This document shows, in pieces, positions 46,273 through 54,128 of a stretch of 54,128 nt of DNA (within the stretch, counting starts at the first letter, position 1; each line of letters begins with the position of its first letter). Source of the DNA: an uncultured Oscillospiraceae bacterium (GTDB lineage Bacteria > Bacillota > Clostridia > Saccharofermentanales > UBA5734). The translations under genes and the position numbers were made by a program. Below the pieces are notes generated by a model. The model did no database searches. It worked only from the letters and a program-made list of their open reading frames with translations, and was not told where the DNA came from. The stretch spans positions 20,759 to 74,886 of the forward strand of contig CAZOHH010000003.1 in the NCBI GenBank assembly GCA_964579735.1, written 5' to 3'.

Positions 46273-47409
46273 ATGGCGGATTTCCGCATCGTCGAGGTAT
46301 CGACCCGAAAGGACGTGGATCGATTCGTCGACCTCGCCTTCCGCATCTATCGCAAGGAACCGGGTTGGAGCCCGATACTGCGGGCAGATGTCGCGAACTA
46401 TCTTCGCCCCGAAACCAATGGTTTCATCGCGAATGGCCCCTTCCTCGTCCTGATTACCCTAAGGGATGGGAAATGCCTATCCCGTGTGCTTGCCGGCGTC
46501 GACGAGAAGTCGAATGGAATCAGAGGCGTGCGCAATGGTTGGTTCTCCCTCTTCGAATGCATTCCCGGTGAGGAACTCGCTGCAACCGCGATGATGGACC
46601 ACGTATCCGCATTCATGAAGGAGCACGGAGTCGTCAAGGTCACTGGCCCCCTCTCCCCAAACGGAAGCGACGAGTTCAAGGGTTTCCTCAAGGTGGGACG
46701 CGACCATCCAGCTCCCTACCTGTGCTCATGGAATCCGGAGTGGTACACGACCTTCTTTCAGAAGCTAGGTTATACGGATATCCACCGACTTTTCGGCTAT
46801 CGGATCGAGAAGGCCGACATCCCCTTCGAGCGATACCAGCGTGTCGTCGCATACGCGAAAGAGCGGTATGGTTTCCGCGTGGATCCCATCGACCTGAAGC
46901 ACCTCGAAAGAGAACTGGAGGATATCGGCAGGATTCTGGAGGTCGCGATTCTCGAGTCCTGGGAGGACCTGACCCCTCCGTCCATCGATGAGTTGCGGAA
47001 ACAGGCCGACTCCCTCAAGAAGGTCGCCGATCCCAATCTCATCATGATCGCCCGGCGCGTATCCGACAATGCGCCCATCGGTTTCGACCTGATCCTTCCC
47101 GACTACGGGGATGTACTGCGCCACTTGAACGGACGGATGGGCTTGATCGGATCACTGAAATTCCTGTACTACCGCAGGAAGATCACCGGTGTCCGTGGAT
47201 TCGCGCAGTTCGTCGTACCCGAATACAAGCACAAGGGAGTCATGTCCGCCATCTTCCTCGAAGTCTTCGACCGAGGCATCAAGAAGGGATACTGCTGGGG
47301 CGACGCCTCTACGGTCGGCGAAGAGAACACACCTTCCCTTGCGAATATCCAGAGCCTCGGTGCGAAGCTCTACAAGGAATATTGGGTGATGAGCCGTGAT
47401 CTTCGCTGA
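46273..47409 (+). CDS. Large (378-aa) GNAT-related acyl-CoA N-acyltransferase-fold protein of unknown substrate
   Basis: ATG 46273 after ggaggg. The layout MADFRIVEV.TRKDVDRFVDLAFRIY...PGWSP.L, ...GWFSLFEC..., VTGPLSPNGSDEFKGFL, NPEWY..FF.KLGY matches a widespread family annotated as N-acetyltransferase. Recognised from memory. Confidence 0.62.
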   Translation: MADFRIVEVSTRKDVDRFVDLAFRIYRKEPGWSPILRADVANYLRPETNGFIANGPFLVLITLRDGKCLSRVLAGVDEKSNGIRGVRNGWFSLFECIPGEELAATAMMDHVSAFMKEHGVVKVTGPLSPNGSDEFKGFLKVGRDHPAPYLCSWNPEWYTTFFQKLGYTDIHRLFGYRIEKADIPFERYQRVVAYAKERYGFRVDPIDLKHLERELEDIGRILEVAILESWEDLTPPSIDELRKQADSLKKVADPNLIMIARRVSDNAPIGFDLILPDYGDVLRHLNGRMGLIGSLKFLYYRRKITGVRGFAQFVVPEYKHKGVMSAIFLEVFDRGIKKGYCWGDASTVGEENTPSLANIQSLGAKLYKEYWVMSRDLR

Positions 47410-48907
47410 ACGGAAGGATATGGACCCTCCGACGAGGTCCAGGAGGCATCTCCGAAGAACAGCGGGACTCATCGCTTCATTCTGCCTGCTCCTTTCCGCA
47501 TGCACGAACAACGGGAGTCTGCTGTTCCCGAAACTCGACTTCGAAACGCCCGCGATCACATTGCCTGGAGGCGCTACGGCCACACCGACCGTTGCCGTGG
47601 TGAAGTCGGTCCTGAGTCTCTGCACTCCGGGAACGCTGGAATCGCTTCAAGCGGTGGCTTCGCTCTATGCAGGATTTTCGAATGGAACCCTGACCCAATC
47701 GGCAGGGGGTGCCGTCGCGGGTGCCCTCGGCGCTTCCATTTCACTGGAGGATCTCGCGCGCTTCAAGGAATTGTTCACGATACGCCTCATCGATCCCCCG
47801 GCACCCGATACCCTCGAGCTGTCTCTTCTGGAGATGGGTGCTACCGGCACCTTGCCTGATGTCTACATGACTGCCGCACTTCCTGCATTGGTACATGCTG
47901 GATATGCCTTGCCCCTGGATGACAACTCCGCTCTCGTGGATTTCATTCGCGGCGGAAACTGCCTTCCGACCGCAATGAATGCCTGCATCATCGATGGATC
48001 CCTGCGAGCGGTTCCCTATATGGCCTCCTCTCCCGTACTCTTCTACAACTTGGCTCTTGCGACGCAGGCCGGAATCGATCCGGCGATTCTCGCCGAAGGC
48101 ATGACGATGAAGGACTTCATCCTGCTTCTGCCGACGCTGTCGAACCCTACCCTGAAGCAGTATGCGCTCTTCGATGCGACTCCCTTGATGTCGATTCTTC
48201 CTTCTACGAAGAGGACTCGGCTGGGGTGGGCTACATACACCTCAGGTTCCTTCGACTTCGATTCTGCAACGTTTTCCGAAACCGTATCGACGTTGCGTTC
48301 GATCGTGAAGAATCAATGGACTCTGAACCATCTGACCGAGGAACAGATCGCCAAGAACTACGGCACGGCGGATCCGAGACTTCTCGGCAAGGTGGCATTC
48401 TGGGTCGAAGACAGTTCAAGGATTCCATATTGGGCCACGCAGTCTACAGTCCAGGTCGGCTTTGCTCCATTGCCGTATCTGGAGGTACCTGCGCTGCCTC
48501 TCTCGGTCCATGGCCTCTGCGTGTCACCGAAGACTGCGGATCCGGATGTCGCCGCCCGATTCGCGGCCTTTCTCGCATTGGATTCCGACTCGCTGCGCCT
48601 TCAGGCTCGGTTCGGTTTTGCGCCCGGAATGATCCCCATGGTCACCGAGCCGACCTTGTGGGCTGAATGCACGCAGAAGAGTCCTGCTTCGGACCTTCTG
48701 GTTTCGTTTCGCAAACGCCTTCCTGGAGCCTTCATCGAGAGAAGGCTTGATACGAATGGATGGTCGGCAGCCATCGAAGCCTCGATCGACGCATACGCAT
48801 TGCGGTTGCTGCAGGGGCTCGATTCAATAGGCGCGGTCGCCAAGGACATGAACTCCGCCGCACAGGCGGCCGTGACGGCCGCATCGCCGACTTCCGCGGC
48901 AGGGTAG
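47396..48907 (+). CDS. Extracellular solute-binding-protein-like lipoprotein (orphan, no cognate permease)
   Basis: Signal SRRHLRRTAGLIASFCLLLSAC (RR motif plus lipobox). SBP family-1-like core (DVYMTA...ALPLDD, GSLRAVPYM.SSPVLFYN..LA..AGI). GTG 47396 overlaps the upstream gene by 14 nt. An alternative ATG lies at 47420. Confidence 0.55.
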   Translation: MIFAERKDMDPPTRSRRHLRRTAGLIASFCLLLSACTNNGSLLFPKLDFETPAITLPGGATATPTVAVVKSVLSLCTPGTLESLQAVASLYAGFSNGTLTQSAGGAVAGALGASISLEDLARFKELFTIRLIDPPAPDTLELSLLEMGATGTLPDVYMTAALPALVHAGYALPLDDNSALVDFIRGGNCLPTAMNACIIDGSLRAVPYMASSPVLFYNLALATQAGIDPAILAEGMTMKDFILLLPTLSNPTLKQYALFDATPLMSILPSTKRTRLGWATYTSGSFDFDSATFSETVSTLRSIVKNQWTLNHLTEEQIAKNYGTADPRLLGKVAFWVEDSSRIPYWATQSTVQVGFAPLPYLEVPALPLSVHGLCVSPKTADPDVAARFAAFLALDSDSLRLQARFGFAPGMIPMVTEPTLWAECTQKSPASDLLVSFRKRLPGAFIERRLDTNGWSAAIEASIDAYALRLLQGLDSIGAVAKDMNSAAQAAVTAASPTSAAG

Positions 48908-48923
48908 GGGAGGGGAGGAGCAC

Positions 48924-50036
48924 ATGGCTGGACCTAGTGGGAGCAAGCGGCGTCATCGTTCCAGACCTCTTCGGTTATCGGATGCTTCCGCGCTGGAAAG
49001 AATCACCGGGTGCGCGAACTCGAATCGAATCCAAATCGGCGCGGAAGACCTCGCTTCAGAAGGATTCCCGGTCGTGGAATGGATTCGAACCCGTCTCGAG
49101 GAAGAGCGGACCGGCGTATCCTGGACGATCCTCATCGAATCGGAGGAAGATGGCTCTATCTGTGGTGTCGCAGGACTCCGCCGCATCGAGTCCTTTCGCT
49201 CCTCGGCTGAAATCCTTCTGGTCCTAGTCGCAGACGAGAATGGACACGGTGACGTACTCGATAGGGTTCTGAAAGCGGCCTTCTACGATTTCGGACTTCA
49301 TCGAATCGAGATGAGGGTGCCGGAAACGGAAACCAATGAAGCCTGGGTCATCGCTTCGGGTTGGCTGCACGATGGGATTCTACGCTCGGCCATGCCTACG
49401 ACGGATGGCTTCCGCAATGCAGAACTGTATTCGATGCTCCGCGAAGAGTACGACGGCTATGGCATCGCCTTCATTCCCTTCGCAAGAGGATGGATCCATA
49501 TCCATGGCGGACGCGACTTCATTGATTCCATCGGATTCCAAAAGCCAGAGGTTCCGATTCAAGCGGGTCCGATCCGGACTTCCGCATCGATGGTCGGGTT
49601 GTGTGATGCAAGGGGCAACCTGCTTCTGCAGGAGGGAAAGAAAATTTCACCTTCAAGACGACACAGGTTGCCTAGAGAGGTAGAGAAGACCGTTCGGCAG
49701 ATCGAGGAGTATCTCTCGGGCGAGCGCAGGGAGTTCGATCTGCATATCCAGTCGAACGGCAGCCTCTTCCAGAAACGGGTATGGGCTGTCCTTTCCGAGA
49801 TTCCATTCGGTTCGACCTTGACCTATGAGCAGGTCGCATTGATCTTGACACGGGAAGATCCTGCCGCCGCCCGTCGATTGACTCGGGCGATCGGCTCGGC
49901 CTGCTCGGCGAATCCCGTCCCCATCGTGGTTCCATGCCACCGGGTCATCGGCAAGGACAACAAGCTCGTCGGTTTCAGCGGCGGGCTCGATGTGAAGGAA
50001 TGGCTTCTGGAACACGAAATGTTCGGCGTTCGCTGA
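48924..50036 (+). CDS. Fusion protein: RimJ/RimL-like GNAT domain + full-length methylated-DNA--protein-cysteine methyltransferase (Ogt/MGMT)
   Basis: The N-terminal ~175 aa look GNAT-like (LRLSDASALERI..., GLHRIEMRVPETETNEAW.IASGW, NAELYSMLREEY). The C-terminal part carries FQKRVWAVLSEIPFGSTLTYEQVA and the active site NPVPIVVPCHRVIG. Confidence 0.8.
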   Translation: MAGPSGSKRRHRSRPLRLSDASALERITGCANSNRIQIGAEDLASEGFPVVEWIRTRLEEERTGVSWTILIESEEDGSICGVAGLRRIESFRSSAEILLVLVADENGHGDVLDRVLKAAFYDFGLHRIEMRVPETETNEAWVIASGWLHDGILRSAMPTTDGFRNAELYSMLREEYDGYGIAFIPFARGWIHIHGGRDFIDSIGFQKPEVPIQAGPIRTSASMVGLCDARGNLLLQEGKKISPSRRHRLPREVEKTVRQIEEYLSGERREFDLHIQSNGSLFQKRVWAVLSEIPFGSTLTYEQVALILTREDPAAARRLTRAIGSACSANPVPIVVPCHRVIGKDNKLVGFSGGLDVKEWLLEHEMFGVR

Positions 50037-50048
50037 AAAAGGAGAATC

Positions 50049-50699
50049 ATGGCACCCATCGATCCGATCGACCCCCCCGCCCTGCATATGGACGGCCGTT
50101 TGCGCCTCAAACCAGCTGCTCTCCTTTCTCCCGTTCCGGTCGTCATGGTCGGATGCCGCGGAATCACCGCGGAGACGTCCCGACCCAACATCGTGACGGT
50201 CGCATGGACCGGAACCGTATGTTCAGACCCGCCGATGATCTCCATTTCCCTCCGCCAAAGCCGATTCTCGCATGGATTGATCCTGGAAACCCAGGAATTC
50301 ACCGTCAATCTTGTCGATACCCGCATGATTCGCTCCGCTGATTTCTGTGGCGTCAAGTCCGGCAGAGAGGTCGACAAGTTCGCCGAATGCGGTCTGACTG
50401 CGATTCCTGCTGACTCGCTCCGCTTCGCGCCGTCCATCGCCGAAAGCCCACTCGCACTCGAATGCCGCGTCCGAAGTTGGCAGACGCTCGGCTCCCATGA
50501 CCTGATTCTGGCCGAAATCACTGGAATCACCGTCCGACCCGACCTGCTCTCGCAAGACGGTCAACTCGCGCTGGACCGGGCGGACCTGGTTGGATATTGC
50601 CATGGCGAGTACTGGACGCTGGGGCGCTGCCTCGGTTTCTTCGGTTACTCGGTTGCCAATGACAAAGTCCTGAAGCGTCGCATGAAGGGACGCGGATGA
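50049..50699 (+). CDS. Flavin reductase-like FMN-binding protein
   Basis: PVPVVMVGC...NIVTVAWTG.V.SDPPMISISLR..R.S..LI.ETQEFTVNL, AESPLALECRV. Confidence 0.8.
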   Translation: MAPIDPIDPPALHMDGRLRLKPAALLSPVPVVMVGCRGITAETSRPNIVTVAWTGTVCSDPPMISISLRQSRFSHGLILETQEFTVNLVDTRMIRSADFCGVKSGREVDKFAECGLTAIPADSLRFAPSIAESPLALECRVRSWQTLGSHDLILAEITGITVRPDLLSQDGQLALDRADLVGYCHGEYWTLGRCLGFFGYSVANDKVLKRRMKGRG

Positions 50700-52018
50700 G
50701 GTCTTTCCTACCTGGGGTCAGCCCCCGGCCCATGGATTCCGCCGCCGATGGGACGGCGCAATCGAACCGGCGTCTTTTCGCGCTGGAAGGACTTGCGGCA
50801 AGCCTCGTAGCCAACCTGGCGACGGTCTTCACAAGCATGTTCGCCCTCCGCATGGGCGCCAGCGATTTCCAGATCGGCCTCCTCAGTTCCCTCCCGCCAT
50901 TCTTCGGACTGCTGGTCCTGCTTCCCGGAGCCCTTGCGACGGACCGGATGAAGAACAAGCGGAGCATGGTCGAATTCTCGATTCTGATTCTGGCCATCAG
51001 CTATCTGACGGTCGGACTCTCTCCCTTCCTCGGCAGTCTGCGTGTCTGGGCCGTGGTCATCGCTTTCGCCCTCTCGAATGCTCCTGCCTCTCTATACAAT
51101 ACGAGTTGGCAGGCGTACTTCTCCGATGTGGTCACGCCAGAACTGCGCAATTCCTTCTATGCCCTTCGAACGAAAGCCGCCTTCTTGACGGGAGGTGTCG
51201 TCGTTCTCGTCACGGGACTTCTACTCGCATACCTGCCAGGGAATGGCCCAGGAAGAATCCAGCTCTACCAGTTCTTCTATCTGATCGCCTTCCTGGCCTC
51301 CTTTCTCCAGATCCGCCTGATTCGTCGGATTACGGGCGGAGATAAGCCGGGACCGCTCATCGAGGTTCGAAACCGCCTGCCCGTCGCGATTCGCGCACTT
51401 CTTCAATCCCGTCGCTTTCTCTATTTCGCCGGACTCTCCTTGCTGCTGTACGTGGGATGGCAGATGTCCTGGCCGCTCTTCTTCATCGCGCAGGTTCGGT
51501 TTCTCGGCGCAGACGAGGCCTGGATCAGCGTTCTGTCCGTTTCGGCATCTCTCCTGAATCTCGCGGTGACCGGATTCTGGAGCCGCTTCATCGAGAAGCA
51601 CGGTGTCCGGGCAACCTTGGTCATCGGCATTCTGGGCTTGTCCGTCAACCCTGTCATATACGCATTCGCGACTTTCCTGCCGACGGTCGCCGCTCTCCCG
51701 ACGGTGTTCGTCCTCAACATGCTCGTCGGCGTGACTTTTCCGGCTTTTCAGCTTTCGATATTCCAAGACCTCCTCGACGTCATCGGTGAGGAGGACAAGA
51801 CCTTGCGCATCGCCATCTACTCCAGCATGACGCTGGTCAGCAACATCCTTGCGCCCCTCTTCGGCGTATGGCTGTACACGACGCTCGGAGCCGACCAGCG
51901 TGCGCTGACCCTCACCATGCTGACTTCGACCGCGATTCGACTCTGTGCAGCAGCGGCCTTCGCTGGGCGGTGGCGTCGACTTCGCTCCCATCCGGATATT
52001 GGCCGGAAGAGCGCCTAG
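50696..52018 (+). CDS. MFS transporter
   Basis: 440 aa, about 12 TM segments, 4-nt overlap with the upstream gene. Loop motif ATDRMKNKR between TM2 and TM3. Confidence 0.8.
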   Translation: MRSFLPGVSPRPMDSAADGTAQSNRRLFALEGLAASLVANLATVFTSMFALRMGASDFQIGLLSSLPPFFGLLVLLPGALATDRMKNKRSMVEFSILILAISYLTVGLSPFLGSLRVWAVVIAFALSNAPASLYNTSWQAYFSDVVTPELRNSFYALRTKAAFLTGGVVVLVTGLLLAYLPGNGPGRIQLYQFFYLIAFLASFLQIRLIRRITGGDKPGPLIEVRNRLPVAIRALLQSRRFLYFAGLSLLLYVGWQMSWPLFFIAQVRFLGADEAWISVLSVSASLLNLAVTGFWSRFIEKHGVRATLVIGILGLSVNPVIYAFATFLPTVAALPTVFVLNMLVGVTFPAFQLSIFQDLLDVIGEEDKTLRIAIYSSMTLVSNILAPLFGVWLYTTLGADQRALTLTMLTSTAIRLCAAAAFAGRWRRLRSHPDIGRKSA

Positions 52019-52042
52019 ATAATCCCTGCCGCATGCTGGAAA

Positions 52043-52082
52043 GGGAAGAGGACCCCGTCATCGACTGGGTCCTCTTCTCTTT
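52043..52082. terminator. Bidirectional intrinsic terminator between convergent MFS and pfp genes
   Basis: Perfect 11-bp stem gaagaggaccc (52045-55) / gggtcctcttc (52067-77), flanked by ggaaagg upstream and tctttgaaaa downstream. Confidence 0.65.
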
Positions 52083-52110
52083 GAAAACGATCGGGAGCCG
52101 TATGATCGAG

Positions 52111-53355
52111 CTACTTTGCAGCCGACACCTTGCGAAGCTTCGCGAAGCGCGGGAGCCCGTCGATCATGGGTGGGCGGGACTCGCCCTGGATCAGCGGGAG
52201 GACATAATCGATGAAGTCCTGGGTGACGAAGTTGCCCTCGGCATTGATCCAGCTTCTCGGAATCTTCTTTTCGGTATTGGCGACATCGTCCAGCGGAATC
52301 AACTGGATTTCGCAGGCATAATCCTTGCCAGGTGCGCGCTTGAATGCGACCATCTGATCCGTGCCGCCCGCGATGGCGACCTGGACGGCGGTCTGTCCTG
52401 CCAGGTAGGACTCATCCACATCGGTCTGGGACGCGAGGTGCGCCGCACAGCGCTGAAGCAGGGAGAACTCGATGGCGCGGATCTTGCATCCCAGACGGTC
52501 CTTGACGATACCGGCGAGAAGGGTTGCGGTTCCGCCCATCTGGGCGTGGCCGAAGGCATCTTTGGACAGTTCTCCGACCAGCTCGGGAAGATACTTGCCG
52601 TCCTTGGTCCGCACGCCTTCCGACACGGCGATGATGCACTTCTTGTCCGTGGCGTACACCTTCTTGACATCGGAGAGGAACGTGTCGAGGTCGAAATCGA
52701 TCTCGGGTAGATAGATCAGGTCGGGACCTTGCCCCTTATAGGCGGCGATGGCGGTCGAAGCGGTCAGCCAGCCCGCATTGCGTCCCATGACCTCGAGAAT
52801 GGTGACCATGCCGGTATCGTAGACGCGAGCGTCGAGATAGACCTCCATGGTGGAAGTCGCGATATATTTCGCGGCCGATGCGAAGCCTGGGCAATGGTCC
52901 GTGCCCCACAGGTCGTTGTCGATGGTTTTGGGAACCCCCATCACGCGGCATTCGTAGCCGGACTTCTGCATGTACTTGGAGATCTTGTTGCAGGTATCCA
53001 TGGAGTCGTTTCCGCCGTTGTAGAAGAAGTAGCGGATGTCGTATTTGCGGAAGACCTCGAGCAGTCGAATGTAATCGGTTTCGTCCTCTTCGACCTTCTT
53101 CAGCTTGTAGCGGCAGGACCCGAGTGCGGAAGAGGGGGTCGTCTTCAGGAGATCCAGTTCCCTGGGGTCCTCCTGGGACATATCGTAGAAGTTCTCGGAT
53201 AGGATGCCCTTGATTCCATGGGCGGCACCGTAGACCTTTCCGATGACTCCGGTCTGCTTGAGCGCTTCCTGGATCACGCCCGCCGCGCTGGCGTTGATGA
53301 CGGAGGTCGGGCCGCCGGATTGACCGAAGATCGCATTTCCCTTGAGTGTGGACAT
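52111..53355 (-). CDS. pfp: Phosphofructokinase, probably pyrophosphate-dependent (diphosphate--fructose-6-phosphate 1-phosphotransferase)
   Basis: Start MSTLKG (ATG complement 53353-55) after gaaggagg. GQSGGPTSVIN, YNGGNDS, GVPKTIDNDL, MGRNAGWL. 414 aa. Confidence 0.9.
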   Translation of the reverse strand: MSTLKGNAIFGQSGGPTSVINASAAGVIQEALKQTGVIGKVYGAAHGIKGILSENFYDMSQEDPRELDLLKTTPSSALGSCRYKLKKVEEDETDYIRLLEVFRKYDIRYFFYNGGNDSMDTCNKISKYMQKSGYECRVMGVPKTIDNDLWGTDHCPGFASAAKYIATSTMEVYLDARVYDTGMVTILEVMGRNAGWLTASTAIAAYKGQGPDLIYLPEIDFDLDTFLSDVKKVYATDKKCIIAVSEGVRTKDGKYLPELVGELSKDAFGHAQMGGTATLLAGIVKDRLGCKIRAIEFSLLQRCAAHLASQTDVDESYLAGQTAVQVAIAGGTDQMVAFKRAPGKDYACEIQLIPLDDVANTEKKIPRSWINAEGNFVTQDFIDYVLPLIQGESRPPMIDGLPRFAKLRKVSAAK

Positions 53356-53403
53356 GTGGGGTCCTCCTTCAGAATCGTATGTGCGTATTATGCAAACATC
53401 GTG

Positions 53404-53432
53404 AATATAGCATATGGCCTGCATCCTTTCAA
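53404..53432 (-). promoter_or_regulatory. Sigma-70-type promoter for pfp
   Basis: Minus strand reads TTGAAA (53432-53427), 17-nt spacer, TATATT (53409-53404). Confidence 0.4.
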
Positions 53433-53457
53433 CGAATGCAGAGGATCGGTCGGGTCT

Positions 53458-54006
53458 TCAATCGAGGAATTCCGTCGAGAGGATGGAATACAGGTGAAGG
53501 TCCTTGCGTATCCCTGAACGCAGAACCGCTTCTCGCATCGTGCCTTCCCTATGGAAGCCAAGAGATTCGAACAGACGGTGCGAAGCGTCGTTCCCGTCCT
53601 GTATGCGTGCTTGTAGACGGTGAAGACCCATCTCGCGGAAGATGAAACGAAGGAGAAGACGCATTGCGGACGAGGCGACTCCCTTGCCGCGATGTTCGCC
53701 GGGTAGAATCGCGATGCCGGTCTCGGCGCTGCGGTTGGTCCAATCGACGGACTCGAGGTTCACGAGACCGGAGACTTTCCCCTCGTGCAGAATCGTGAAG
53801 ACGAAGGAGGAGGAAGCATCATTCCAGTCGTCCAGCATGCCGCGCAATTGCATCTCGCTCATGGGGCGCGCCAAGGCGGGGAGATAGAGCCTCAAGGAGG
53901 CGATGTCCTGGAAGAGCGGCACGAAGAGGGGGATGTGGAACTCCTCCATCGCGACGAGGCGGACATCCGTGGATGGATCCCAGAGCAGCTCCGAAGAATA
54001 GTCCAT
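53458..54006 (-). CDS. GNAT family N-acetyltransferase (RimJ/RimL-like)
   Basis: Start MDYSSE (ATG complement 54004-06) after taggagga. The longer ORF to 54126 would read through a terminator and a tRNA. RGKGVASSAMRLLLRF.F.EMGLHRLQARI...N.AS.RLFESLGF..EG. Confidence 0.85.
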   Translation of the reverse strand: MDYSSELLWDPSTDVRLVAMEEFHIPLFVPLFQDIASLRLYLPALARPMSEMQLRGMLDDWNDASSSFVFTILHEGKVSGLVNLESVDWTNRSAETGIAILPGEHRGKGVASSAMRLLLRFIFREMGLHRLQARIQDGNDASHRLFESLGFHREGTMREAVLRSGIRKDLHLYSILSTEFLD

Positions 54007-54039
54007 GACGATTCCTCCTATCCACGATGAATATCCGAA

Positions 54040-54071
54040 AAGAGCCGGCTCCCTCGAGGGAACCGGCTCTT
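54040..54071 (-). terminator. Intrinsic terminator downstream of tRNA-Lys(TTT)
   Basis: 14-bp stem aagagccggctccc / gggaaccggctctt (one mismatch), loop tcga. The minus strand continues with TTTTCGG. Confidence 0.55.
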
Positions 54072-54077
54072 CAGAAC

Positions 54078-54128
54078 TGGTGAGCCATCGGAGGGTCGAA
54101 CTCCGGACCCCTTGATTAAAAGTCAAGT
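54078..54128 (-). tRNA. tRNA-Lys (anticodon TTT), 5' part truncated by the window edge
   Basis: The reverse complement ends ...CTTGA-CTTTTAA-TCAAG GGGTC CGGAG-TTCGACC-CTCCG ATGGCTC-A-CCA. Confidence 0.8.

Noticed and set aside
51868-52710. 280-aa + strand ORF running from the MFS 3' end through the terminator into pfp antisense
   Set aside because: It reads through a perfect 11-bp terminator hairpin and is antisense to the highly conserved PFK C-terminus.
54007-54126. N-terminal 40-aa extension of the GNAT ORF (the track starts at 54126)
   Set aside because: The extension would be translated through a terminator hairpin and the tRNA-Lys(TTT) gene. ATG 54006 has a strong taggagga SD.
1-54128. 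The window is bounded by tRNA-Lys genes at both ends: could the whole segment be a tRNA-flanked island?
   Set aside because: The two tRNAs are different isoacceptors (CTT versus TTT) with different sequences. The content is core housekeeping (ruvABC, pheST, secA, asnS, icd). No integrase, transposase or att-like direct repeats were seen.

Overview
This is a GC-rich (about 60% by eye), densely packed chromosomal segment. The gene content points to a Firmicutes/Clostridia-like bacterium: a T-box leader on pheST, maf-radC-mreCD-PBP2 and comEC-holA synteny, a sortase, LCP ligases and NfnAB. I call about 50 CDS (45 on the + strand), two complete tRNAs (Lys-CTT, Thr-CGT) and one truncated tRNA (Lys-TTT), one Phe T-box riboswitch, several sigma-70-like promoters and several intrinsic terminators. 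Most genes are housekeeping: ruvCAB-queH, rqcH, prs, engB, icd, asnS, dtd, pheST, secA, an amino-acid ABC importer, and SAM by-product salvage genes. I found no CRISPR array, transposase, integrase or phage gene. The many 300-600 aa ORFs antisense to these genes are GC-driven shadow ORFs. One block is not explained by housekeeping function: three overlapping genes at 34099-36824. Two encode proteins with TadE-type pseudopilin N-termini (G/xxxxE plus a hydrophobic helix), and one encodes a 497-aa membrane-anchored protein that looks DUF5702-like. Three phased 10-bp direct repeats precede the block and two tandem LCP paralogues follow it. No pilus ATPase, platform, Flp pilin or prepilin peptidase occurs anywhere in the 54 kb. 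Secondary curiosities:
- a methylglyoxal-synthase homologue with its catalytic residues replaced
- a GNAT-Ogt (MGMT) fusion
- a split, deaminase-first MTA/SAH/5'-deoxyadenosine salvage route (mtaD-punA-ahcY plus mtnA-aldolase)
- an mreCD locus without mreB
- a tRNA-Thr with C55
All functional calls rest on motif recognition by eye. No database search was run.
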